Source: Oculina patagonica
Lineage: Eukaryota
Reading direction: 5' to 3'
Assembly: GCF_052425735.1 (NCBI RefSeq)
Contig: NC_135767.1
Coordinates: 1,488,001 to 1,552,000 of the forward strand
Length of the DNA: 64,000 nt
The notes beneath the pieces are model-generated. The model did no database searches. It was not told the origin of the DNA and was given only the letters and a program-made list of their open reading frames with translations. The translations under genes and the position numbers were made by a program. Below are positions 12,701 to 27,000 of this stretch, in pieces (the first letter of the stretch is position 1; each line of letters begins with the position of its first letter).

Positions 12701-15700
12701 CTTCAGTGTCGGTCCTACAATGGTCTTTAGAAAACGGCTAACTTCCTGTCAATTCTGCGCCAGCGAGAACAAAGAGACACCTTAATAACACAGCCTGTTT
12801 ACCTGATCTTCGGTGAGTTTTTTCTCGGTAATTTCCCTCTCGATCTTGCCTTGAAGCGTTGTCTGTAACGAACACACACACAAAACAGCCGCTAGTAAGA
12901 AAGCTGACCCTAAACTACCTGCGCTGTCTGACGCATATAATTGATATATAAAGTCCTGGCCAAACGGCAACGCGAGTGGACGCAAGTTGAACTTGCGTAC
13001 AAACTTGCGTTTGCAGGCCAAAAGGACTTGCAAGTGCACGCAAGTTGTCAAAAAAGCCATTCAATGCTACTGCGCGCGCTGCAATTCAGTACTTGAAAAA
13101 AGCAAGACTTGTGTTGACTTGTGTTGGGTGGCCAAACGATGAAATACTTGCGTTGACTTGCGTGCAAATTTTATCTCGACCAAAGTGAGAGCAAGTAATC
13201 GCAAGTACACGCAAGTCCTGGCCAAACAGAGACGCAAGTTGAAAACTTGCGTCCACTTGCGTTGCTGTTTGGCCAGGACTTAACTCTTGTAGTGATATGT
13301 AGTTTGAAGCATTTACAAACCTGTTGTCGCATGATTTTTTCACTTAGAAATTTGCTCTGGTTTTCGATCTCACGGTAGGTGGCCTGGAGCCGAGACTGGT
13401 CGGAAGACAAGCGGTTGTTTTCTCTCCGATATCTGGAGGAACAGGGAAAAAGTATAGGATAAGACGAATGAAGAAATAACTAAAAAAGTAGATTTAAGGC
13501 AATACAGTACACATCCGTTTAACCGGAGGAATAAGTCCCTTGTTCAGTGGAATCAGTGGGATCCTGCGCCTTGGGGAGTCCCTTAGTCCATGGTCAATCC
13601 AGGGTGAATGAACCTCCCTCCCAATTTCAAGATAATGAGTGACTAGTCACCTCTTTAAAAACATGACTGATTAAATAGGAAAGGAATTTAAGGATCAAGG
13701 CCTTTAAATTCAGTGTCAAGGAATTGGAAGTAATAAAACTGTTCGGTGTGCTCACTTTTTCAGCTCGCTTTCCAGGGTCTGTATTCTTTGTTTAAGCACG
13801 CGATTGTCCTCTGTGACTGCACTTAACTCCACTGCAATAAAAAAAAAGAATGGGGATCAATACACAACAGTAACAAAGCACCTTGCCTAAAAAAACAATA
13901 GCAACTGCTTCACTAAAAGACCAGTAGAATTACAAGCTTAGGATGGCTGCAGTCTTATTTGTTCGAAATCGTTTAATACAACGTTGTAAAACACTCCTAC
14001 CTTTATTTTTGCCAGCATCCTTTGCACTCTTGGCCGCCTGTTTTTGCATCTCACGAGCGTTGTTCATGGCGGTTTCAGTGGCGTGGTGTTCACATTTCTT
14101 TTCCAACGCCAGAAGATCTTTCTCATGAATCAATTCATTCAGCTCTCCTACCAAAAAAATCAAATCGTTTAATGAAACGGTCTAAATAATTCATCTGGAG
14201 GTAAGCGGGGTCATATCTTACTATCACAGACCATGTATGCAGCCGTTATTTTGGTCACGCAAGGCTTCTATTTAGTCACGCAACGCGAAGCACTGCATGA
14301 CAGCTCCAATAAAGACCTCCTTTTGGGACACTAAGTTCTCTAGTATTTGTTAATACTTTCGTTCAACTTACTTTTTAACTGGGCTACAAATTCCTCTTTC
14401 TTGCGGGTAGTCTCTTGCTCTTCCAGTAATTTATCTGTAATAAAAACAGAACAAGAATGATTTTCGTATGAAGGCCTACTCTGGGACCCAAAGTCGCCGT
14501 AACTTTGGGCGACATAAGGCGACTTTAAGCGATTTTAGCTTATTTTGTCCAAAGTTACGGGCGATTTTGGGCGACTTTGGGAGATCTTGGGTCCCAGAGT
14601 AGGCCTGTATGAGCAAATGACTACAGAACAACTTCAAAACGGATCTGATTTCAAAATCGTAAGATAGCAGCTAAACGTACATGAGTTATACAAAAGGGCA
14701 GACGAAATGAAACACAAAAAGAAGCATATTACAAAGTGTTAAATATAAGACAAGATTTGAACGTAAAATGTCGTTAACGCAGTGCAAACGTGTGCAGTAA
14801 CATAACAGTGGCATGGCGGTTGAATTGTACCTCTCAGATCTAAAATTTGCTGTTTGAAGTCTTTTGTATAGGACTGGGCATTTTTCAGCTCCTCTGAAAT
14901 TAGATGAAATGAAAATGCTGGTTTAAAATAAATAAACGAAATAAACAAAATAATATTGTGATATTTACTTTAGTGCGTGGATGTAGCGTGTTACTAAGTC
15001 TTTCACTTTCTCGTTAGAGAAAATTTGAGAACAGGTTGTCGGGGGACTGAGTACCACTTTCGGTAGCAATTCCTGAGCCTGCAGTTTTCGTAAGACGTTG
15101 CTAAGCAACATGACATAGCCACTTTAGACGTGTCTGCACTATTCCTGGAGTATAAGATCGGAAAATCTTCGGGTATTTCTTAGGAAGATTTGCCGAATAT
15201 GACGATGGGTTTCCGACGGAATTGACTTTTCTGCCGAAGAAGACAAAGACGAAAGAAACATAGCGAGGTGCTGTTACAACGTAAATTATGTTCAAAAACG
15301 CCGTTAGGAAGTGGAAAAGCTATGTCAGTTTGATCAGTTACGCAATACAAAATAACACAATACACAGAAGTGTTAAAAACGATAATAAAGAAAAATTGCT
15401 AATCACCACCCTTCTTCTTGTTAGAAATCAAAGGTGAAAGAAGTGTTGCATTAATTCAACGTGTTTAAGTTGGAGTTACACCTGCCATCTTTCGTCCGTC
15501 AAACAAGTCAAGTTACTTCTGTGTATCCAAAAGTGGTCGCAGATAAGAACTGTTGCAGATCATCTTCAAATTTTATCCGCATCGACACACAAAATAAAGT
15601 TCTCAACAAACACTCCTGTGGCAAATACTTTGTCACCAAACAATTATCTGACAATGTGTACCGTGCAATGTAAATTTCAAGGTGCTTATCTGTCTTAAGA

Positions 15701-17985
15701 CAATTTCCTAGCAAAAAGTTGAAAAAACATCCAGGCCGGTAAAGCAGGAAAACCTTCAAGTGTAAATTACCTTGTAATTCCACCACAAGCTCGTTGTTTT
15801 CCTTGAGTTCTTGCTGGGTATCATTCAGTTGTCCTACAAAAAAACAAGAGTAAGCATTGCAAAAGGCTTTATCCAAACAGAAAACAAAACTGAAAAAATA
15901 ATTATAATAATTGTCTTACTCAGTAACAACTTCGTCAACATCTTTTCAACGTGAAATCCACAAAGGGACTACAGTTTGAAACTGTTACACATGACTTTAA
16001 GCATGAATCAAGATGAGATATTGTCACAGATAATAGAAATATTGGTCTGTGTCGTCACGGTTTGTGCACATGTCCTTCTGATGTAATATACAGTAAGAAT
16101 ATACAAACCTTGCACATGCTGTGACTCTTCATGTTCACTGTCAATTATTCTGCCAATTTCAATGAACTCCCCTAAAAATAATTAATAGTCAACATAAGTA
16201 ACATTCACGATTTTGGCAAAATGTTTAAGAGGGAATCTGCCAAGACTTCGAGTAGTTATTGATCGAAATTATGTACCAAAATTATTCACACCTTATTGCA
16301 AGCTTTTGTGTTACTGCTTCAAATATCTTATCAAAAGAAATCTTTCTCAACAACACCGAACATCGAAAACAAATTTCGAAGTTCCACTGAATTCCATTAA
16401 AGACGATTTTACAAAATGGCTACACGTGAGATTTTACCCATAGCTTGTGAACTTTGAAATTTATTTTCTCAGACTCTGACAAGAAATTGTTGTTGGTGCT
16501 ATAAAGGATAATTCCTTACATCTTTACCTTTTATTAAGGGCAGGAAATAACGCAATAGGATTTAAATTATTCTGGTACTCGATTTTTGCCCAACTTGAGT
16601 AAATATTACTCGACTTCCTGGTGGATTCCGTCTTAAAAACTACTTAACAAAGTTAAATGGGAAAACAGAACGTTTCTTAATGTTCTCTGTTACCTTTGAT
16701 ATCTTGTACATTATGCAAACTGTCCTGCAATAATTGCCTTGCATTTCGTGGGTGATCTAAAACACAGTGAACAAACTTGACTAAGCTAAGTGCCTCCTTA
16801 AGACACATTAAGTGCTCACGATATAGATCACTTTTCTATGTACACATTTACAATCTTCAAAGAGCCTATATCACACTGTCGTACAATCTCATGTCACGCT
16901 ATCTACAATAGGTACGTCACGCTGGTTAAAGTCAATTTTGCAACGTGAAGAAATGCTCGATGGTACAGGGGCGGATCTAGGGGGAAGGTGCAGGGGGTGC
17001 ACACCCCCCCCCCCCCAAAAAAAGAAAAATCCTGGATCCGCTCCCATGGTAATCCAGTTTTGACATGTTTTGAGCTGTAAGCAAGACAAAGATTCATTCA
17101 CTTACGGACAGGACTTCCCTCTTGGTGAGGTTTTTCACTGCTGTTGCTATTTGCAATTATTTCATCATCATCGTCGTCATCATTGTCATCATCATCGTCA
17201 TCATCAGCTGGAGATCAAAAGTTACTTAACATCAAAGAAAGAATTAATCCTTAGAAGTAAATAATTTGTTCCTACCGGTAACTTTTTTTAGTCTTTACGC
17301 TAGTTAGAGTGCAATAATTTATTATAGACCTTCTCATAACTCCTGGGCGGGAGGGATAAGAGGGAGCTGCATTTGCTGAATAGCTGCAAACTGTTCAAAC
17401 CTTCAAAGTACATGTAATATCTACAGCGATGAGAGGCGTCTGTGTTTGCAGCTTATACTCTTCAGGGTTGCCACAAACATAAATTTTCAAAATTCCCTCA
17501 TTTTTCCCTTATAAAAATAAAATTCCCCTTAACAATTTTTTTTTAAAATTTTATAAAAAATGGGGCCCCCCCACCCCTCTTCCAAAAAAAAAATTTTTTC
17601 TCTTATTTTTTTTCCCCCCCACAAATGTGAAATCAGCGGTGTTATATTCCAATTGTCCCTGACTTAAAACAAAATCCCAACTTTTCCCTGACCTTGAAGA
17701 ATTTATTTTTTCCCTAACCATATCCTGACCTGTGGCAACCCTGCACTTGTTCAACTACCCTGGGAAGAAAGAATTATCTTTAAACTTAAAAAAGTTTGGA
17801 AGTTGGTTTGCATCTCACCCAGCTCGATTTAGGAAACTTGAGCACAGCATCACCTGTCCCCCCTCCCCCAGATTTTAAGAACCCTTTTATGTTCACTTTA
17901 GTAGAAACTCAGCTGTCTTTATTGGAAATCCGCGTATTTTTTTTCTCCCTTTTTTTTTTTTGGGGTGAAAATGTGCGGGTTTTTG

Positions 17986-18016
<31 letters not shown>

Positions 18017-21000
18017 GTTTTGCTTTTTTTTTTTTTTTTTAAAAAAATATTTTTCTCTTTTTTTTATTGACCCCCGCCCCCCCTTTATTTCGACAACCCC
18101 CCCTAAAATAATAGAAATTTATCAGGTCTGCATAACCATGCTTTAGAAGTTACACTGTAGGTTTTAACAGTTTGCAGCCGTTCAGTTGCCCATCAATTTA
18201 TAATGATATACTTTTTTGGTCAGAAGGGATTCCTCCATAATTACTCACCAGACCACCTGATCATCATCAAGTGTCTTTCTTCAGCCATAGTCTTCACTTC
18301 ACAAATGCGATCTAACAAAATAAACAAAATATCTGGGTTTACCTCGGTTTAAGAACCTGTGATATTTTTCTTTGTTTTGGAGCTATTGTTTTCCTGCTCA
18401 ATATTGTTTTGACGCTCTTTGTCGTTTTGTTCGTTCTTTGTTTTACGTCATTGGTGAGTTTCACAGGTTCTTACACCGAGGATGAGCCAAATATCTGAGA
18501 ACCTTCAACTTGTAACATCAGCAAGAGCAACAAGTATTTATTTAGGGGATTGAGGGTTGGGGGGGGGGGGGGGTTATCTTCTACCTTTTACAGGATTTTA
18601 TTTTGTTTTAATTTAATTACTAAGAGAAACAGTTAAACATTGTGCAAAGGCCACTACTCACTGTCCATTTATGAGAGGGGTATCCACCCCAGGTGATTGG
18701 TATTGGATATAACCATCCTAAAATCTTACCATGTAGGCGCCTGACGAGGTCCATTTCCTCAGAAGAGCTCCTAGTGTCCAACTTATTCACTGCATGGTCA
18801 GTATGATCTGTTGACGAAAGTTGCAACATCAGAACACTGTTTTGTAATGCTCTGTTAATATCAAGACGTGCTGAACAAGCATGTACACTAGTGATGCAAA
18901 TGAACAACTTGAAGATAATGATTTAAGAGCAGCTAGGTTAACTAATGGATGTGCAGGATTGTAAAATAACACTAACTTGTAACAGGCAGTGCTGTATCAA
19001 GATGGTCGCCATCATCAACATCACTATCATTTGGAATAGACAACTCATCTATGGCTTGGAGATGATACTCCATTACTTGTTCTGAAACAAAATAATCAAC
19101 TACTGTCAAACCACTGAAAAAGGAAGGAGACCACTTTGTAGCTAAAGAACATGTAGGGTGCAATTAGTATATGAACTCTCCAAATTTCCACACGAGTCGA
19201 CCATTTCTAAGAACTTGAGATCTGGGATAGGAAAGACCAGAGGACTGAGTTGTGCTGTTTTGTATTAAACAGTTTGACTGGAAAGTAAATACATTTCTGC
19301 TAATAACAACTAAGTTTGTTTTCATGAGAATGAAAGGGGGTTACAAATATAGTTTTCTGAAAGTGGTATCTGTGTGATATCACGGTGGCATAGCAGCAGT
19401 GTAAGGGTAACAGTATTGAGGGTAACACTTCTGTTTTTACCTTCAAGTGAGTGGATTTTCTCCTTGTCTTCCAGTGAAACTTGTCGTGATTTCTCTAATT
19501 TTTCTATAAAGTAAGAAGTATTTTAATCTACAGATACATGAATGAAAATAATCTGAAACCTACTGCTGTTTGTTTTACAATTTTCCCAATTTTCATATCA
19601 TTAGTTCTCTGGAACTCTGGCACTCTGGTACAAGTGTCACATCAAAAATGTACAAAGTGAAAGAAGCAGGTGACTGATGTGGACCTGTTCATGCTAATCT
19701 ATAAAACTACACCAATCCTTTCCATGTGTTGACAGGGCAGAGTCAGACAGACAGGCAAGAGTCACCATGCCAGATAGATATTTACATGTACATTACTTGT
19801 AGTTTTGTCTATTTATCTAAATCGGTAATATCATACAGGGATGAGGGTACCATGTGTACCTTTCAAGAGCACTACTTCACTTTGACTTTCTTTATGTAAC
19901 AGTCTTGTTTCCTCTATTTGCTCTGTCGAGACAATAAACACAACACTGTTAAATCTAGGCTAAGTTAGCTAGATAGGATAAGCTGGTTTAGTCTGCCAAG
20001 CAGCAGATGATGTTACAGCATAAGGGTGATGATAAGACTATTGACAAATATTTACAAAATGGCTACCAAAGTAAAACTGCATCTTACAACTCTTCTGTAA
20101 TGATTAATAAGTTTAGCATGCCGAGGTCAAATAATTATGTAGTTGGTACATGTACTAGCGTCTGTGGCATGACATTGAAAGGTGACTGAACAATGACTGT
20201 AGTGTACAGAGCTTAGCCTTTCTGTCTGGGCTCAAAATATTTTATCCTTCTGGATGATTGCCATACAATTATTTTCATGTCAGTTGTGAGAAAGTGAAGT
20301 ACATGTATATGGAAAAATGTCTCCAGGAGTTGCATTCATTTCTCCTCATCACCTACCAACTTGAAAATGCAATGAAATTGTATTGAAGAAATAACATATT
20401 ATCTGCTCTTGAAAGTCAAAGGGTTAGAAACTTTGAATAATTACTCAATATTTAAATCAACAAAAATTACCTAATAGTGAATTCAGGATCTTCTCCTTAT
20501 CTCCAACTTCACTTTGAAGTTTTTCAACTTGAACTGTAAACAAAAACAAGACGATAGTTACCAAAGATATACAGTGTCACAGGGGTACAGTAACATCACA
20601 AAATGTCACAAATTCCAAGTAACAGCTAACCTTGTAAAATCTTTACATCATCTGTGTTGGAGTAATCATTGTCTCTAGGATTGTCCAATTGTGTTGTATT
20701 TTCTATGTAAATAAAAAGCAAACATTGCATTAAACTCTTTTCTCTATAACTGTAAATTTTTTTCTAAAGCATGCCATTTTCCTCTACTGAAAGGCTAACA
20801 TTCAAAACTTAGGCATCCAATTTTCCAAATTTGCCAAGGCAGTTTGTTAACCTTTATCCACTTCAAGCTGATATTAAATGCAGTTAAATGCAAGTTAAGT
20901 ATTTAACAGCAATGATTTTAAAGTTTAAAATTTCTTTTTGGGGTTTTTCCCCGGGGTTTTGGGTTTTTTTTTTGGGGGCCTTTTTTTTTTCCACACCCCC

Positions 21001-24000
21001 CCCCCCCCCCTCTCTTTTTTTTTTTTGGGGGGGGGCCCTTGGGGGGGGGGGCGGGGGGGGGGGGGGGCCGGGGGCCGCCCCCCCCCCCCCCCCTCAATTT
21101 AGTGTTTCCCTTGCTTGTCAATGCAGCGCAACAGTTTCTCCAGAAACTAATCAATTTATGCATCAAATAGGTCAAGTTGATTGGAGATTGAAAATTCATG
21201 TACAGCACTGTACATGTACTTTGTCTATGATAATCTTGTCAATACATACAACAGAACCTACCATCAAAGCTGTCTGGTAATGTTTCTAATTCTCTTGTTC
21301 CATTAACATCTACAGCTTCTATGATAGATTCCTCTGTGAAAAGGAGCAAAACAAACATAATAATGACCAAACTGTCATTACAAAGAAAGAAAAAACTTTA
21401 ATTATAAACAACCATTTCTAATGGCTGAATAAGTAACAGCCATCACAGGTTTTTGTATCAATTTTATCAGTAAGAGTCGCTGATTTTGTCACATTAATGT
21501 TCATATCATATTTTTGATCATTAGGGACCGGTCATATTTATGTAGAGGGGGGGAGGGAAAAAGAAGGGGGGGGTCAAGGTATTTAGAGTGGCAAGAGGGG
21601 GGCAAAAATTTTATAAAGAAGTTTAGGGGGATCAGCAGTTTGAGGTGGGTAAAACAGTTAACAGTGAACAGTGATATTTTACATTTTATGCTATTTCTTT
21701 GTTTTCTTTTTTTAACTCCACTACACTTATATTTTTTACAGAAATCTTTTCCCTAAACTCCATTTATCTCAGTTTATTAAATAAAGAATCCAATCTATCT
21801 GCTTTAACTAGAAATTTTTCTTTTACAAAATGATATCACTGCAAAGCCCAAGAAGCAAAAAACATTATAAAAAAGTATTCTTTACACTTTAGGAAAATCA
21901 TGAAGATTATTTTGATGTTTACATTTTCACCATGAAGATATTGTAAAACATCACTTTTCCAAAGTTAAGGAATTGAGGTTTTACATACACATAACTCATC
22001 AAATGCCTATGAGGAAAGATCAAGCAAAGAAGCTGTGACTAAGTGTTGATCCAGCTGTAAGATGTATGTAACATGATTAATAATTACTTAAGGCATATAA
22101 AGGGAGATATGAGGTGAGGGGGGGGGGGTTATCACGTAAAATGAAAAAGAAGGGGGGTCACTTGCTACTTACATGGCCTGGAGGGGAGGGGGCACAGATT
22201 TTGATCTTTCCAACCCCCTCTACATAAATAATGACCGGTCCCTTAGGTGAATTGGAATTAGATTTTGGTTTGCTTTTACCAGTCCAATGAATCCAAAATA
22301 ATCAAATTTACAGTTGGACTGTATTGTTTTTCATTACACTACACAAAAAAACGGCCTTGACCCTTCCTTCGACTTGAGGTAAAGGTGGTAAAGGCCATCT
22401 TTGCCAAACCTTTGGCATGCATTTGAATAAGGCAAGGCATTTTGATGAAAGAAAGTACACTTTTAAATAACGTTTATCATAGGTGTTACAAAGGTACCAT
22501 GAAATGTGACTTTGACTCCCGCTTAAGGTACATTCGATTCACGTCAAATCTGTTACTAACTTTGACATGTATCAAATCCCTGTCAAAGGCAATACAAAGG
22601 TATTTGTTTACCATTGACATGCGACAAAGGTTAGTCATCCATTCTTGTCTCAATTTCAATGTAAATCAAAGGTGTGGCAATTTCAACTTTTAATGCAGTG
22701 TTACCAATTGTCACACATCTGTACATGTACAACATACTATTTGTTCTAAACATTTTGGTGTGATACATCTAGACAGAACTACCTTAAAAATATGATTTGT
22801 TATTATATGATTTGATATCACCTGTCTGCTTGGCAATTTTTTTGGTCTTGGAAGTTATTTTTTTTAAACAACATGGCAATGAAAGTAGTACTCAGTATTG
22901 TAATGTACTCACTATTGTAATCTTCTATGTGATTTTTTGTACAGTTGAACCTCGATTATCCGGATCTCAATTATCCGGATTTCTCAATCTGGACTGCTTT
23001 CTCTGGTCCCAATTTTTTCATGAATATTAATTAGTCATATTCAAGACCAAATAATTACGGTAAGTTCTACGACGATTTAAACGTTATTTCCAGGAGGTTT
23101 ACCAGTCAAAAAACATTGGAAAACCTCTAAAGTGTAGTTTCCAATCGAACAACATTTAATACATGCAGACAACTTCCTTATTCAGTTTCCACTAGCCATA
23201 AAAACATTCACACAAATAAATTTGCTTTCTGTCTTTGCTTACTTGTATTAATTATACTAAAGTTTACAAGGCAATCCTTCTATGTAGTGAAAAACATCGT
23301 AGAAAGTTCAATCGGTCGACACCGCACCTAAGCACCTCGTCTAGTCACCAGGCCCATCATGAAAAGACGCATGGAACGCCTGGAGGTTCAAAATTGTTTG
23401 CGAACGAATCAGCGTGTTTTCGTCGCCTTTTTCGGAGAAAAACTGACTCAAAATGATCAATGTCTTTGGAATTTTTGTTTGTGAGTATGGTTAACAGCTG
23501 ATTTATCACTATTATGAAGCAACTTTTTTTTTCTTTAATGCGGAAAAATGCGCCAAGATGCCGAGGATGCGCAAGTTAGCAAACAATCCTGTCAGATGCC
23601 CTGGTTTTCTTTTTTGGCTCATTAATATTCATACTTTCGATTATCCGGACTCTCGATTATCCGGACTATTTAGCCTAGTCCCAACGAGTCCAGATAATCG
23701 AGGTTTAACTATACAAGTTTTTTGTAAGTAGCCTATTGTTTATGTACTGTCTTGTTTTTGTGTAAATGTATTAATAAAAAAATCTGCTTGCCAATTTATT
23801 GGTCTTGGGAATTATTTTTTAAGACAACGTGGCAATGATATAGTATTTACTTGGCTGATGCACAAATTTAATAAAGATATTTTCGTTTTAATTATCCTAC
23901 AGTCCTGAGAGGTAACAACCAACACAAACAAAATGACTTGGCAGCAATGATAAGAATGTCATTCTATGCCACAATTTCCATATCCTTGTTACTTCAATGA

Positions 24001-27000
24001 AAAATAAATATCCTTGTTGTAACTGATATTTTATAACAATAATTTATGACAATGTTGCAAATCCAGAGAAAACACCTTGGTCTTAATCAATTTTAAACTG
24101 TTTTTTTTTCTTTCAAAAAATCCTTTTCTTTAAGTTTTGCCTCAGGAGATGCCAGATAGTTTCTCTGCACATTAACAATATATGTTTAAGCAAACTGACT
24201 GTGTGAATTAACAAATTTTTCACCAATAAAAAAAAACATTCAAGTTTTCAAACAAAAAAGTCAGTGTTTACTACAGGTAAGACATAGAGACAGAAAAATA
24301 AATTGCACTTGTATGTGGTACATCACTAACAGTATTTAGTTTACATTGAAAAGTTATTTTTTGTGTAATTTGTTTAATTAACGCAGATTAAAGTTATTTT
24401 TAGCAGATCCAGTCAAAACAGTGTTCACATTATTAATTAGGTACCTGCGATACACCTGCTTTGTTTACACTAACTGTACATGTGGTAATGAATATATGAT
24501 TCTGTGTGAATTGTCAAATGTTCTATATGAGATTACTGTTAGTAGTAATTCCACTGAAATACAACTATGTCGGTATTATTTTTAACTCTGTTCAAAGTTT
24601 TCTCTCAGCATTGAATTTCAGAATTTCAGTTATGACAAAAATAAGTTTACTACAATGTAACAGTCTTTGGTCTGAACAAGTTAATAAATTTACCATTGAT
24701 ATCATTTTGGTATCCAGATTAATAAAATGGACAAATTATACTTCAGTTTTAGTGGATTTTCTTATCGTCTAACCATCACAACATAGCAAAAGTTTGAACA
24801 GTAAAGATACAGTATAAGTGTACCATAATTAAATTACCAATAGTTATGGCATGGAGAATTGACACCAGATGTATGAACAGCATCGACAGTGAGCTTGTAG
24901 CACAAAATATACAACCAAGGCTCATAAATTAAGCAGGGTTTAAAGAGGAGAAAGAGAAGAGAATGATTTTTAAAGGTTCGCACAAAAGAAATACAGTGTA
25001 GGAGAGACCGAAATTTCAGAGCCGGAGAACACGTAGTTGAAGGAGAATTCTCCGATCTCCGAGCCTAATGAACACCCTGATTAAGGTACATGTACATGTG
25101 AAACATTTTTCACTTCATCAACAAAACATTTCAAAGAATTAAATACAGAACATGCACAGTAAGTTATGTGTTTCAAAAGTTCAACACATGCAGGTCTTGT
25201 CAATTGAATAAACACTAATTTATCATGAGAATAGCAAATAACTGCAAATATTTCAGCCTACCTGACAGATAAACAAACCAGAAATAATACATCTTTTGTC
25301 TAGTTAGATCTTGTTGAAAATGAGGGGTTTGTTGCTGATAGCTTAGCTTAAAACCCATAATGGAATCTGTAGACTTCAGATCCCTTGGCTCAAATGTTTA
25401 ATTTAATATTTATACAATCTGGCAGTATACCAGATTGTTCAGCAACCACAGACTAATGTCTGACTAAACATGTGGTCATAGTGGTTAATGTACAGTAATA
25501 AATATAGAAATTGTTGACAGTATTTGCATGATTTAAAACTAGTAATAATCAGAGATTAGAGGAGTGCGTTTGACCCGAGATAGGTACACAAGATAAGGCT
25601 AGCAAACGTAAACAGAGTTACGCGACTGTTTTGAAACGACTGCAACATAAAGCGTGCATCCAACATCACTTGAAACTATCAGAGAAACAATCTCAAATCC
25701 AACAGCACACGAGGAAGCACAGCAATTTTTTCTACTACTGTTGAAAGGGAGCACTACCGAAACGTTTATTTTTCAGCACAACTCACAAGGCAAACTAGAA
25801 AACGCAAACCGAAGAAGATCGTTAGATTGAATCAACCTCGTTCCCAGGGTCTCTCGCAAAGAAACTGTGACGTCATTAATTAGCCAACCTGCCACATACC
25901 AAGATACATAGAACGGCACATAGAACGACTTTCACTGGACAGCAACGGGACCACACGCCACCACAAGATTAGGATGCGTTGTCCTACCGTCAAACACAAA
26001 AATTGTTTACAGCCTATCGTTATCAGCTTCATAAATTGTTTTTGCGCGCGCTGTCTTTGTTGCTCTTGTTGCTGTGGCGCAATTAATTGCTTTCTAATGT
26101 CTAATCACATGAGATCGAGGACAACTTGCCACATACCAACATACATACATACATACATACATACATAGAATGACACTTAGAATCACTTTCCCTTGCGCGT
26201 GCACAGGACAACCACGGGACCACAGGACACCACAAGATTAGGATGCGTTCTCCTACCGTCGAACACAATCAATGTTTACTACAGACTAGGTTTCCCTAAT
26301 TTTGATCAAAATCTAATTTCTGTTTAAAATGCCAATACAATGTCAAGCAGAAAGGTTATGAGAATTAAAGGAATTACTTGCACAACCACTGAATTTTATC
26401 AATTTAAAGAGCTGTATGTTAGTAAGAATGTTCCTATTCTTGGTGCATGTTGAATGAAAAACTAGAAGGTAACCCATCATGATGTTACAAATTATGTGTA
26501 CTCTTAGAAGAATTCTTCTTCCCTGGAATACTGTAAGTTGCTGTAAATTATTGGTAGTAGTAGTACTAAGTCTTGGCTAAAGATTGGTTGAAAAAATTTA
26601 ATAGGAAATATCATTTACATTATTTTACGCATAAAATAAATACAGTAAACTATCTTGGGAAGCCAGACACTCTCTACAGAATGACATACCGTAATTGTAG
26701 CTGTCCATTCTGGAGGTGTCTGCCTTACAATGGTGTCTGTTTTAAGAGAGTTCATTGTACAGTGGAACCTCGATTTAATGAACCTCTATATAACGAAGAC
26801 CTCGGTATAACGTACGATTTTCTTCAGCCCGGTCAAAGTTACAGTAAAATGTTTGGAGCAGTACTCGATATACGCACCCGATATACGAAATCCTTGTTTT
26901 ACGAACACATTCCGGGAGCCCAAACGTAAAATGTACCTCGATATGTTTTAGTTACACGTGAAAAATGATGTAAAATAGACCAACAAGGATGAAATCTTTA

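Noticed and set aside
17796-21280. Poly-Phe, poly-Gly and poly-Pro ORFs (17796-18146, 20888-21280, 20918-21208)
   Set aside because: Translations of homopolymer tracts.
24837-24890. Hydrophobic minus-strand stretch ([18 protein letters not shown]) as an alternative SLMAP TM exon
   Set aside because: It has a donor but no phase-compatible acceptor in that frame.
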